Below, in pieces: positions 17,191-26,709 of a DNA stretch of 64,000 nt (the first letter of the stretch is position 1; the number at the start of each line of letters is the position of its first letter). The position numbers and the translations under genes were made by a program. Source of the stretch: a virus (lineage: Duplodnaviria > Caudoviricetes). The notes under the pieces were generated by a model that was given only the letters and a program-made list of their open reading frames with translations, was not told the origin of the DNA and did not search any database. The stretch is taken from the IMG/VR virus record IMGVR_UViG_2895374923_000001, positions 27,860 to 91,859 of that record. One strand, given 5' to 3'.

Positions 17191-17563
17191 CCTCCTGGCC
17201 CGCATCGCGCTCGCCACCGGCCTGCGCAAGCTCGCCGACGCCTACGTCACCCACGAGCTCCCCCTGCCGTGGGACGGTCTCGGCCGGCACGTGAAGATCT
17301 TTTTCCACGAGGGTGATCTGGCGAAGATGGCCGCTCTCACGGCCGTCCTGGATGACCCGATCGTGAAGATCGAGGAAAGCAACACGACCTGGCTGGAGGT
17401 CCGCGGCAGCCTCGCCGGTCTGCGCATCTGTCTGGCCGGGCCCGCTGACGAGCTTTGTGAGCGCAGGGTTTCCGGCGTCCACAAGGCGTCGGACGGCAGC
17501 CTCCACGAGATCACCGAGTGGGTCATCCCGGCCGCCCTAATTCGGGCGGGTGAGGCCCGATGA
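17183..17563 (+). CDS. Phage hypothetical protein
   Basis: Coupled ORF. Confidence 0.7.
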   Translation: MADLLARIALATGLRKLADAYVTHELPLPWDGLGRHVKIFFHEGDLAKMAALTAVLDDPIVKIEESNTTWLEVRGSLAGLRICLAGPADELCERRVSGVHKASDGSLHEITEWVIPAALIRAGEAR

Positions 17564-17961
17564 TGCACGACCAGCCCCACCCCCTCGCCGGCCCCACCCC
17601 CGCCCAGGTGCTGCGCGACGCCGCCAATGCGGTCGAGCAGTACCCGCGTGTGGAGGCCCTCGACGCGATCACGATGGCCGCCGCCGTACTCACCAGCACC
17701 CACCACGCCGCCCGGCCGCTCGCCCAGGACGCCCGGGCCGCGCTCGCCCGCCAGCTGTGCTACGCCGCCGACCGCGACCACGCCGCCGACCTGGCCGCCT
17801 GGGACAAGACCACGCCGCGCGAGGAGATCGCGGCCGCCATGCGAGAGGCCGCCGACCAGGCCGAACGCAGCGTGCCGGTCCGCGGCGGACCCGCGCTCGA
17901 CCCCACCACCGAAGACGACTACCGCGCCGAGCAGCGCGACTACGACGGCGGAGGCGCCTGA
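17560..17961 (+). CDS. Phage hypothetical protein
   Basis: Coupled ORF. Confidence 0.65.
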   Translation: MMHDQPHPLAGPTPAQVLRDAANAVEQYPRVEALDAITMAAAVLTSTHHAARPLAQDARAALARQLCYAADRDHAADLAAWDKTTPREEIAAAMREAADQAERSVPVRGGPALDPTTEDDYRAEQRDYDGGGA

Positions 17962-18977
17962 TGGCCATCCGATCACGCAAGCCCACCGGCCGCGCCCCCT
18001 GGCCCCTCATCCTCATCGAAGGCCCCGAAAAGTGCGGCAAGAGCTGGGCCGCCGCCCAGCTCAGCGCCAGCGACAAGGTCGGCCAGACCTACTGGCTCGA
18101 CCTCGACGAAGGCGCCGGCGACGAGTACGGCGCCATCCCCGGGGCGCGCTACGAGGTGCTGGAGCACGACGGCACCTGGGCGTCGATCATGTCCCAGGTC
18201 TCCGACGTCCGCGACGAAGCCGCCCGCGCCCAGACGGCCGGCGAGCCGCCCGTCGTCCTAGTCATCGACAGCATGACCGCCGAGTGGGAACTGCTGAAGA
18301 ACTGGGCCGCCAACCGCGCCAAGAACTCCACCAGCAACCAGAAGCGGCTCCAGGCCGACCCGCACGCCGAGGTCCAGGTCACGTTCAACCTGTGGAACGA
18401 CGCCACCGCCCGCCACCGGCGGCTGATGACGATGCTGATGACGTTCAGCGGCATCGTCGTCATGACCGCCCGCGGCAAAGAGGTGGCGGCCATGGACGCC
18501 GCCGGCCGCCCGGTCGAGGGGTCGAAGGAGTACAAGGTCGAGGGACACAAGACCCTGGCCTTCGACGCCTCTCTGTGGCTGCGGCTGTCCCGCGAGCACG
18601 CGCCCATGGTCATCGGCGCCCGCTCAGTGCACGCCGGTATCCGGCCCGGCATCGACAAGCCGCAGCCCATGAACGACTTCACCCTGGAGGCGCTGATCTT
18701 CGAGGCGCTGCGCTGCGGCGTGGGCAAGTCCCAGGCACGCCAGATCACGCCAACCCAGGCGGGCACCGAAGCCCCCGACATGGACGAATTGTCAGAGGTC
18801 GCCCGCGAGATCCTCAGCCTGGCCGAAGACGCCTCAACCGTCGATGAGCTGACCACCTGCTGGAAGGCGACCGGCGCCGCGCTGAAGGCCGGGCAGATCA
18901 ACCAGGCCGAGGCCGACTTCATCGCCCGCCGGATCAAGGCGCTCGGCGCCGAGCTCGGGGCCGGTGAGGCCGCGTGA
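17961..18977 (+). CDS. AAA-family ATPase (Sak4/AAA_24-like recombination protein)
   Basis: GPEKCGKS Walker A, LVIDS Walker B. Confidence 0.8.
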   Translation: MAIRSRKPTGRAPWPLILIEGPEKCGKSWAAAQLSASDKVGQTYWLDLDEGAGDEYGAIPGARYEVLEHDGTWASIMSQVSDVRDEAARAQTAGEPPVVLVIDSMTAEWELLKNWAANRAKNSTSNQKRLQADPHAEVQVTFNLWNDATARHRRLMTMLMTFSGIVVMTARGKEVAAMDAAGRPVEGSKEYKVEGHKTLAFDASLWLRLSREHAPMVIGARSVHAGIRPGIDKPQPMNDFTLEALIFEALRCGVGKSQARQITPTQAGTEAPDMDELSEVAREILSLAEDASTVDELTTCWKATGAALKAGQINQAEADFIARRIKALGAELGAGEAA

Positions 18978-19513
18978 GCCCGAAGGAGCAGGCGCTGCGC
19001 CTGGCCGTCGTCCGCGTCCTGAAAGACCTGCTCGCGGCGGCCGACGCCGGCGACCGCGAGCAGGTAGCCGCCGAGTGGCTGCCCGGCGACCGGCTCGGCG
19101 GCGCCATCAACCGGCAGGCGGTCGGCCACGTCCAGCTGAAGAACGGCACCAAGACCGCTTCCGTCACCGATCCGAAAGCGTTCGAGAACTGGGTGACCCT
19201 CAACCGGCCGGAGGAGTGGGAGACGATCACCACCACCCGGGTACGGCCCGCCTACCTGTCAGCCGTACTGGACGCCGCCAAGAAGACCGGCGACGCCGTC
19301 ACCTCCGACGGCGAGCCGATCCCCGGCATCACCGTGAAGACGGGTGACCCGACGGTCGCGGTCACCCTGGCCAACGACGCCCACCAGGTGGTGCGGCAGG
19401 CGTGGGAGTCGGGCGAGCTGTGGGAGCTGATCGGCTCCGTCCTGCCCGCCCTCGACCCCACGCCCGGCCCGGCCGAGCCCGTCGACGAGCCCGCGGCGGC
19501 CGGCGATGGGTGA
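18974..19513 (+). CDS. Phage protein (Gam/gp157-like C-terminus)
   Basis: TRVRPAY...SDGEPIPGITV. Confidence 0.55.
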   Translation: MSPKEQALRLAVVRVLKDLLAAADAGDREQVAAEWLPGDRLGGAINRQAVGHVQLKNGTKTASVTDPKAFENWVTLNRPEEWETITTTRVRPAYLSAVLDAAKKTGDAVTSDGEPIPGITVKTGDPTVAVTLANDAHQVVRQAWESGELWELIGSVLPALDPTPGPAEPVDEPAAAGDG

Positions 19514-19793
19514 CCTGCGCTCCGCCGCGCTGGCGTACGTGCGCGCGGGCCAGGTCCGCGCGCACACCGTCGCCACCCCGCCCGGCGCCCCCGCCCCGGT
19601 CCTGGTCGTGGCGACGGTCCACGGCCACAACGGCCGCTACCAGATCGTCTACGACGCCACCCGCCCGCCCGAGGACCGCTGGTCATGCCCGTGCCGTCAC
19701 AGCGACCTGTGCCCGCACATCGCCGCCGTCGGCCTGTGGGCCGGACACCCGGGCCTTGCCGCCCGCACCATTCCCGAGAGGACCCGCCTGTGA
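19506..19793 (+). CDS. SWIM zinc-finger protein
   Basis: WSCPC...LCPHIAAV. Confidence 0.75.
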   Translation: MGDLRSAALAYVRAGQVRAHTVATPPGAPAPVLVVATVHGHNGRYQIVYDATRPPEDRWSCPCRHSDLCPHIAAVGLWAGHPGLAARTIPERTRL

Positions 19794-20029
19794 CCAGCCG
19801 AGGCCGCCACAGCCCGGTTCCCGCCCCGCCGAGGCCGAGCCAGCACACCACCCAGATCCGCGTCATCGGCCCAGCCCACGCCGTCGAGGCCGTCAAAAGC
19901 CTGCTCGCCATGGCCGACGACTCGCTACCCGGCTTCAAGGTCCTCAAGGTCTCCCGCGACCAGAGCGCCGAACGCGCCGGCCACGTCCGCATCTACATCG
20001 ACGTCCGGGTGGAGAAGGCCGATGGCTGA
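19790..20029 (+). CDS. Phage hypothetical protein
   Basis: GTGA overlap. Confidence 0.55.
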   Translation: MTSRGRHSPVPAPPRPSQHTTQIRVIGPAHAVEAVKSLLAMADDSLPGFKVLKVSRDQSAERAGHVRIYIDVRVEKADG

Positions 20030-20162
20030 CCAGCCCACCATGCCGCGGCTGCTCACCAGAGTCGAGGTCGCCGCCCGCTTCGGGGTGGACCCGCACACGG
20101 TGACCCGCTGGCCGCCGACCGTCCTGCCCTACACCCACACGCCCGGCGGCCACCGCCCCTAA
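20022..20162 (+). pseudogene. Truncated BldC-like (MerR-type HTH) gene, 46 aa
   Basis: LLTRVEVAARFGVDPHTVTRW...TPGGHRP*; lacks the BldC C-terminal helix. Confidence 0.65.
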
Positions 20163-20177
20163 ACCAAGGAGAGCCTG

Positions 20178-20684
20178 ATGCCCACCAGCCGTGAGACCCG
20201 GATCGCAGAGGGGACCGTCTCCGCGATCGACTTCTTCTCCCGCCTGATCGGCGCCATCGAGTCCGGCAACTGGCACTACGCCGACGACAAACTCAGCCAG
20301 CTCGGCCGCACGCTCGGCGAGCTCGACCAGCAGCTGACCCGGACCGACCAGCCCGCGTCCGGCCAGCCGGTGGCCGCCTACGTCGCCGAGCACTCCCAGC
20401 ACTACCGCATCGGCCGCGCCCTGTACGGCACCCCCAAGGAGCGGGCCACCGAGCCGGAGATCCGGCCGGAGGTCGCCGCGCACGTACTCCACCACTTCGG
20501 CTGCGACAGCGGAGTGCCGACCTCCGGGTTCAAGACCGCGCTCATGGCGGCCATCGCCCAGGCCGACGCGCCCAACCGCGAGCACCTGGCCAAGGCGTTC
20601 CCCGACTATGTGGCCGCCTTCAACCTCGCCCAGACCACAAGCCACGGCACCGCCGCCCTGCAGAAGCTCGCTTCCCGGGACTGA
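20178..20684 (+). CDS. Phage hypothetical protein
   Basis: AAGGAGAG RBS. Confidence 0.7.
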   Translation: MPTSRETRIAEGTVSAIDFFSRLIGAIESGNWHYADDKLSQLGRTLGELDQQLTRTDQPASGQPVAAYVAEHSQHYRIGRALYGTPKERATEPEIRPEVAAHVLHHFGCDSGVPTSGFKTALMAAIAQADAPNREHLAKAFPDYVAAFNLAQTTSHGTAALQKLASRD

Positions 20685-20686
20685 TC

Positions 20687-21022
20687 ATGAGCGACGAGCC
20701 CAACGACCGCGTCCCCAGCCAGGACGCCATCGCCGAGGAAGGCGAGCACGAGCAACAGCCGGCCTGCGAGTGCGGCCCGGACGACTCCTGTACGGCGTGC
20801 GTGCCCTGCGACGTCTGCCGCGAAGACGAGGAGGAGTGCGGCTGCGACGGCGACGGCTGCTACTCGTGCGACGGCTCCGGCTACCGGATCCCCGAGCACT
20901 GCTGCGACTGCGGCGGCTCCCCCTACTGCGTGAAGTGCCACACGTGCGGCGTCGAGTGCATCGGCGAGTGCCGGTGCCCGGTGACCGTCCAGCTCTCGGA
21001 CGGCGGCCGGCTCGTCCTGTAA
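20687..21022 (+). CDS. Acidic Cys-rich (19 Cys) metal-binding protein
   Basis: Repeated CxC/CxxC motifs. Confidence 0.7.
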   Translation: MSDEPNDRVPSQDAIAEEGEHEQQPACECGPDDSCTACVPCDVCREDEEECGCDGDGCYSCDGSGYRIPEHCCDCGGSPYCVKCHTCGVECIGECRCPVTVQLSDGGRLVL

Positions 21023-21112
21023 AGCCCGGTGGGTTCCCGCCGCTCGGGGTTCGGCGGGAACCCACCACCCTCCCGAACAGCACAGCCAGCTCAGCCGGAA
21101 GGAACGACCCCC

Positions 21113-21403
21113 ATGAACCACCCTACGTCCGCCAACGCCGTCGGATACCCGGTGTTCGACGTCGCCGGCCGCCTCAACCTCGAGGGCCACGCCGAGTTCC
21201 TCGGCGTCAAGCTCCACACCGACCGGCCGCCCACCAGCGCCCTACGCGTGATGGGCGTGGACATCGAATTCAGCGACCCGGCCGAGGCCGACCGCTTCGC
21301 CCACGTCGCGAAGGTCATGGCCGACCAGCTGCACCTGGCCTACGAGCGCGGCATCGCCCGCGAGCCCATCACCGCCGACACCGCCCCCCGGAGCGACACA
21401 TGA
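21113..21403 (+). CDS. Phage hypothetical protein
   Basis: GAAGGA RBS. Confidence 0.65.
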   Translation: MNHPTSANAVGYPVFDVAGRLNLEGHAEFLGVKLHTDRPPTSALRVMGVDIEFSDPAEADRFAHVAKVMADQLHLAYERGIAREPITADTAPRSDT

Positions 21404-21768
21404 CCAGCCACCCGCCGTACCAGCCCGCCACGCCCGCCGAGCGGGTCGGCCCGCAGGCAAAGCGCACCCTGCTCACCGACGCCCGGCACCAGCTGGCCAG
21501 GCTCGACCAGCAGATCCGCGACCTCGACCAGAGCATCGCCGACCTGCAGGCCGACCGCGCCGAGGTGGCCGACGCCCGCAGCCTGGCAGCTGAGACGGTC
21601 GCGCACTACCAGAAGAAGATCTCCGACGCTCCCGAGTGGACCGGCCCGCAGACCGGAGCGATCAACCTCCCTCCGGCCACGGCCAACGCCGACGAGATCC
21701 TCGGACTGCCCCGCGCATCGAAGGCCCGCCAGCTCGTCAACCCGCAAACGCCTGAGGCGGGGTCGTGA
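21400..21768 (+). CDS. Coiled-coil hypothetical protein
   Basis: ATGA overlap; heptad pattern. Confidence 0.65.
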   Translation: MTSHPPYQPATPAERVGPQAKRTLLTDARHQLARLDQQIRDLDQSIADLQADRAEVADARSLAAETVAHYQKKISDAPEWTGPQTGAINLPPATANADEILGLPRASKARQLVNPQTPEAGS

Positions 21769-21952
21769 ACCGCCTCCGCGAGCTCTGGCGGCGGCTGACC
21801 CGCCAGCGCCGCCCCGGCCGCCACCGCACCCCTGAGCAGGCCACTCACGCCATCACCGCGCTGGCCGAATCGTGTGAGTTCTTCGGCCGCGCCTTCGCCC
21901 GCAACGAGCCCCGGCGCCCGCGGGTGATCCCTCTCGACCCCGGGGGCCGCAC

Positions 21953-22399
21953 GTGATCACCGTGGACCTGCAAACGCTGGCCGGCATCGTCGTGATCATC
22001 GGCTCGATCATCACGCTGACCGCGGTCATCTGGCGGCTGCCCGAGAGCCTGACCGGCAACGCGGAAGCCCGCCGCCGCCACCCGTGCAACCGGCCACTCG
22101 CCGACCGGCTGGATGCCGACGACACGGTGTGTACGCCAGCGGGCCACCCGGAGCCGTGGTCGGACCGACCGGAGGCCATCGACGCGGCGCTGGCCGAGCT
22201 GCACAACCGGCTGTGGCCCGGCGAGGAGTACCGCGCGACGCTCACCTGCCGGACGCCGGAGCTGACCGGGTACCACAGCGTGGCCGAAGCGATCGAGGAC
22301 ATCGGCCCGACCGCGGCCACATACAGCTGCCGCTGCGGCCAGGTACACGCCCGCCGCCGCAAGATCCGCCTCACCTGGCTGGGAGGCCGCCGTGGATGA
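21953..22399 (+). CDS. Membrane-anchored hypothetical protein
   Basis: N-terminal TM helix; coupled. Confidence 0.55.
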   Translation: MITVDLQTLAGIVVIIGSIITLTAVIWRLPESLTGNAEARRRHPCNRPLADRLDADDTVCTPAGHPEPWSDRPEAIDAALAELHNRLWPGEEYRATLTCRTPELTGYHSVAEAIEDIGPTAATYSCRCGQVHARRRKIRLTWLGGRRG

Positions 22400-22835
22400 C
22401 CGCCTCCTCGACCCGCACCGGCTCATCCTGCCCCTGTACCACGCCCGGGACAGCCGGGGCTGGACGCAGGAGAAGATCGAAGACACCGCGGGCATCAACA
22501 GGCGAACCGTCTCCGAGGCCGAATCTGGCACCGCCTGGCCGAAGCTCAACCCGCTGATCTGGTGGGCGGGAGCTCTGGATCATCACCTCACCGCCATCAC
22601 CCGCCAAGGGCGCCACACAGTCACCGACATGCGCATGCTCGCCTACCTCCTCTACCTGGAGCGCGACAGCCGCGGCTGGTCCCGGACCACGACCGCCAAG
22701 ACGGCGGGCGTCTCGCCGGAACGCCTGACCGTGTGGGAGGACGGCCAGCACGACCCGCAGCTGCGGAAGCTGCTGCGGTGGGCGGCCGCACTCGACACCC
22801 GCTTGGCTATCGAGCCCGCGCGCAGGCCCTCATGA
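22392..22835 (+). CDS. Tandem double-XRE HTH regulator
   Basis: Two copies of RDSRGW...AG...E.G...P.L..L..WA.ALD. Confidence 0.85.
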   Translation: MDDRLLDPHRLILPLYHARDSRGWTQEKIEDTAGINRRTVSEAESGTAWPKLNPLIWWAGALDHHLTAITRQGRHTVTDMRMLAYLLYLERDSRGWSRTTTAKTAGVSPERLTVWEDGQHDPQLRKLLRWAAALDTRLAIEPARRPS

Positions 22836-22992
22836 GCAGCCCGCCGCGCCGCGCTCTCGGGACAGCGTGCGCTGCGGCGGGCCTGGCGCTGGCCGCCGCT
22901 GCGGGGCTCGCGGCCTGCGGCACGGCCAGCGCCCCCACACAGACCCCATCGCCTGCCCCGCAGGCACCCCCTACGCCCACCTGGAGCACACC

Positions 22993-23400
22993 ATGAGCAC
23001 ACCCACCTACCGCCCCGGCGAACGCCTGCAGATCATCCTCGACGTGGAGGTGATCGCACCGCCGGACGAGTCCGGCACCTACCTCCTCAAGGCCGGCGCG
23101 CTCGAGCTGGACCTGCCGCTCGGCGACCCCGCTTTCAACGCCGAGATCCACCGCGCCATGCCAGCCGACGGCATCCCCAAACCGTGCGAGATCTGGGCCG
23201 ACGCCCACGGCGCCGAACTCTGGGCCGTCTACGTCGCTGAGGACGAAGTCCACCTCATCGACTACCTCGGCTACAACCGGCATTGGCGACACGTCCACGC
23301 CGACCCCGAGACCGGCCCTATCCGCCTGGTGCGCCCGGCGCCCGGCAAGCCGGGACCCGCGTGCACGACACCCGCCCCGATGACAGCGGGACAGTCCTGA
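22993..23400 (+). CDS. Phage hypothetical protein
   Basis: GGAG RBS. Confidence 0.6.
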   Translation: MSTPTYRPGERLQIILDVEVIAPPDESGTYLLKAGALELDLPLGDPAFNAEIHRAMPADGIPKPCEIWADAHGAELWAVYVAEDEVHLIDYLGYNRHWRHVHADPETGPIRLVRPAPGKPGPACTTPAPMTAGQS

Positions 23401-23894
23401 TGGACCCCCTCTACTGGGTCGGGCTCGTGATCCTCGCTGTGTGGCTCGGCTGGCGCGCCTGCACCTGGCGGCACAGCCAGGCGAGCCCGGACGAGCCCGC
23501 CCACCACGAGTGCACCGCCCCGGCCGACACCGTCGAGGCGCTCGAGGCCGACCTCGAGCAGGCGCGCAAGCGGCTCGCCGCCGGCGCCCGCGAGCGAGAG
23601 GGACTGCGCGCAGAGCTGACCGCCGCACACCTGGCCTACCGGTCCGCCGAAGCCGAGCTCAAGCACGTACGCGCCCAGACCTCGACCGCGGTGGACGAGG
23701 GCTTGCTGAAGCGGATCGACGAGCTGGAGGCCCTCAACGCCCTGCTCACCGACAACCCGTCCAGGTCCGAGGTGCTGCGCCTGCGGGAGACCATCCGCCG
23801 CCTGGACGCCGAGGTGACCCGGCTCAGCCTGGCCAGCCAGGCCGCCGACGTCGGCGTCGCCGCGCCCTGCCAGTGCACCGCCGCCACCACATGA
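23400..23894 (+). CDS. Membrane-anchored coiled-coil protein
   Basis: TM helix followed by heptads. Confidence 0.65.
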   Translation: MDPLYWVGLVILAVWLGWRACTWRHSQASPDEPAHHECTAPADTVEALEADLEQARKRLAAGAREREGLRAELTAAHLAYRSAEAELKHVRAQTSTAVDEGLLKRIDELEALNALLTDNPSRSEVLRLRETIRRLDAEVTRLSLASQAADVGVAAPCQCTAATT

Positions 23895-24241
23895 CCACGG
23901 AGCCCAAGATGAGCACACCACTCGCCACCCGGCTGGCCCTGGCCTGCGGCCTTGCGCTGAGCGTCAGCATCATGACCATCGTCCGCCTGGCCGGCCGCCC
24001 CGACACGATCGACCCGCCCAGCGTCGCCCTAATCAGCATCAGCCTCGCCGCCGCGGGCGCGCTGTGGTCGGCCGTACGCCGCATCCGCCGCCGCGGTGGC
24101 CTCGCCTACATCAGCACCGCCAGCGGGCACGCGGCCCTGTACTGCAGCACCTGCAACCTGCACCTGGACGCGCTGAAGGAAGGCGCCCGCCTCGACGCCC
24201 TGGCCGGCAAGCGCGCCAACCACACCTGCGACCACTCATGA
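23891..24241 (+). CDS. Two-TM protein with C-terminal CxxC
   Basis: ATGA overlap. Confidence 0.55.
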   Translation: MTTEPKMSTPLATRLALACGLALSVSIMTIVRLAGRPDTIDPPSVALISISLAAAGALWSAVRRIRRRGGLAYISTASGHAALYCSTCNLHLDALKEGARLDALAGKRANHTCDHS

Positions 24242-24425
24242 GCACGGCCACCGAACACCCCGTCAGGATCCTGGTCGCCGTCGAGCTCGCCGCCGGCGCC
24301 TGGGTCCAGGCCGTCTGCCGCACCAGCGGCTGCCCGTGGCGCGGCCCAGCCCGGCCGGAGCGCTGGCTGGTCGAGAGGGACCAGAACAGCCACCGCCAAG
24401 ACCACCTCGAGCCCAGGCGGTAGAC

Positions 24426-24848
24426 GTGACAGACGCCCTGTTCGACATCGATACCCCGCCGCGGCCGCCCGCGCCGGAGCGCGAGTCGGCCACGGTACGG
24501 CGCACCCGCCGCCAGGCCGAGCAGTTGGCCCGCGGGATCCACCCGCTGGCCGGTCGCGGCCTGCACGAGCAGGCCGCCCCCGCCGACGACCGCGACGAGG
24601 TCGGCCGCCGGTGCGGCAACTGCCGCTGGCGGCGGACGCTCAACTACCGGAGCGGCAGCTACCCGAAGTGCGTCCACCCCGGTACCCGAAGCGCCGAGGA
24701 CTACGAGGTCCTCGGCCCGCCCCGGGCCGCACACAGCGAGGCCAGCGACTGCCGCGCCTGGTGGCCGGCATGCCGCGACCACGAGCCCGGCGACCCCCGC
24801 CTGCCCGACGCCATGCGCTGGGTGCCCGACCCGGCGGTGATGCGCTGA
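24426..24848 (+). CDS. Phage Zn-binding hypothetical protein
   Basis: RGIHPL...RCGNC...YPKC...DCRAWWPAC. Confidence 0.7.
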   Translation: MTDALFDIDTPPRPPAPERESATVRRTRRQAEQLARGIHPLAGRGLHEQAAPADDRDEVGRRCGNCRWRRTLNYRSGSYPKCVHPGTRSAEDYEVLGPPRAAHSEASDCRAWWPACRDHEPGDPRLPDAMRWVPDPAVMR

Positions 24849-25294
24849 TGCCCGCCTCTGCCTGGTCGCTGCACCACACCGACGAAGCCCGCGCCCACTC
24901 CATCACCCACGTGCCATACGCCGACCGGCAAGGACAGCAGGCCGAGCGGCGCGAGCGAGTCAAGGTCGCGCTCATGGTGCTGCTGCGCGTCGAGGGGGCA
25001 GCCCTGATCCTCGACATCCTCGGCATCCCGGCCGACGAGATCGCGCTCGCCCGCCGCGTCCACGCCCGGCTCCTCGAGGAGATGGGCCTGACGCCGCGGC
25101 CCGAGCCGTCGCCGACGGTCCCCCCGGCCGCAGCCGACGGTCCGGCAGCCAGGTGGTGTCCGCGCTGTCGTACCACCAAGACCGAGGCCGACTTTCACCG
25201 CAACGCCTCCAGACCCGACGGCCTGGCCGTCTGGTGCAAGCCCTGCATGGCCGAGGTCCGCACCCGCACCCCGGGAGCGGGGGCGGCCCGATGA
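24848..25294 (+). CDS. Protein with C-terminal Zn-ribbon DNA-binding motif
   Basis: WCPRCRTTK..DFHRNASRPDGLAVWCKPC. Confidence 0.65.
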   Translation: MPASAWSLHHTDEARAHSITHVPYADRQGQQAERRERVKVALMVLLRVEGAALILDILGIPADEIALARRVHARLLEEMGLTPRPEPSPTVPPAAADGPAARWCPRCRTTKTEADFHRNASRPDGLAVWCKPCMAEVRTRTPGAGAAR

Positions 25295-26475
25295 CGCCCG
25301 ACGCCAAGACCCTCAGCCGCCTCGCCGACGCCTACGGCGATCCCGCCACGACCATGCGGGCGCTGATCGATGCCTGCGCCCATGCGTGTGGTCTGGCCCG
25401 CCCCTACGAGCTGCCGCCCGCGGACGTCGATCTGACGCCGCTGGGCGATCTCGCCGCGTGGGGTGCCTACGAGCTGGGCACCAGCTACGAGCAGATCATC
25501 GCCAAGGACGACCGCGACCAGCAGGGCGCCTTCTACACCCCGGCGCCGGTCGCGGACTTCCTGGCCCGGTTCGCCCTCGGCCTCGACGTACGCGGCGGCC
25601 TGTACGCCACCCCGGATGACGCGCTTGACGCGCTCGTGCTGGACCCGTCCTGCGGCGCCGGCGTCGTCCTGGAGCACGCCGCCTGGGTCACTGCCGTCCT
25701 GTACGCGGCACTGCTGTGGGAGCGGCCCGACCCGCCCCGCTACGCCATCAACACCGTGCTGCCCGACGTCTACACCGCCACCGTCTACGGCGTCGACATC
25801 GACCCGGTCGCCGTCGAGGTCGCTCGCGCGGCGTGCTGGCTGGATGTGGGCGGCCGGGCGGCGTTCGACTTCATGGCCGACAACATCACCGTCGGCGACC
25901 CGCTGGCCGGTCATCTGCCCGCCGCGCTCGACAAACGGCTGGCCGAACCGGTCCCGCTGCACATCGTCGGGAACCCGCCCTACCGCGAGCACGCCAAGGG
26001 CGCCGCCCCGTGGCTCGAAGCCCGCCGAGTAGCGGGCGCCGAAGAGCTCACGCCGCGGCCGTCGATGGACGAATTCCGGGCTAGCAGCCGCACCGACGGC
26101 AAGTTGGCCAACCTATGGACGTTCTTCTGGCGGTGGGCCCTCTGGCAGGCCCTGGAGGCCCGTCAGCAGCCCGGTGTCGTGGCGCTCGTCACCCCCAGTG
26201 CCTATCTGTGCTCCGACACCTTCGCCGGAATGCGCGAGCACCTACGCCGCACCGCCGACGAAGGCTGGATCATCGACCTCACGCCCGAGGGTCACCAGCC
26301 GCCAGTCCCCACCCGGATCTTCCCCGGTGTCAAGACCCCCGTCGCCGTCGGCATCTTCGCATGCCGCGGTCCGGCCGACACCGGCACCCCGGCGCCGATG
26401 AAGTACATGGCGATCGAGGGCGCCCGCGAGGAGAAGTTCGCCGCGCTCCGTCAGCTGGTGGGGGTGGCGGCGTGA
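25291..26475 (+). CDS. Orphan N6-adenine DNA methyltransferase (type ISP/IIG-like MTase core)
   Basis: GAFYTP, VLDPSCGAG, YGVDIDP, VGNPPY. Confidence 0.9.
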   Translation: MTPDAKTLSRLADAYGDPATTMRALIDACAHACGLARPYELPPADVDLTPLGDLAAWGAYELGTSYEQIIAKDDRDQQGAFYTPAPVADFLARFALGLDVRGGLYATPDDALDALVLDPSCGAGVVLEHAAWVTAVLYAALLWERPDPPRYAINTVLPDVYTATVYGVDIDPVAVEVARAACWLDVGGRAAFDFMADNITVGDPLAGHLPAALDKRLAEPVPLHIVGNPPYREHAKGAAPWLEARRVAGAEELTPRPSMDEFRASSRTDGKLANLWTFFWRWALWQALEARQQPGVVALVTPSAYLCSDTFAGMREHLRRTADEGWIIDLTPEGHQPPVPTRIFPGVKTPVAVGIFACRGPADTGTPAPMKYMAIEGAREEKFAALRQLVGVAA

Positions 26476-26669
26476 CGCCCGAGCAGCTGCACGCCGCCCT
26501 CGAGGAGCACCGCCTCGCGCACGACCTCACCCGCTGGGAACTCACCGTCGACCTCGACTGCGGGCTCTCCGATCTCCGGGACATGCGCATGGGCCGCGTC
26601 AGCGCCAACCTGCGCGACCGGGCCGAGGAGTGGCTGCGGCGAAAACAGAACCAGCCCAGGAAGGAGTGA
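26472..26669 (+). CDS. Small HTH-like protein
   Basis: GTGA overlap. Confidence 0.5.
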   Translation: MTPEQLHAALEEHRLAHDLTRWELTVDLDCGLSDLRDMRMGRVSANLRDRAEEWLRRKQNQPRKE

Positions 26670-26709
26670 CCGAGACCACCCCTGACACCGAAGGACGGCA
26701 AGCAACACC

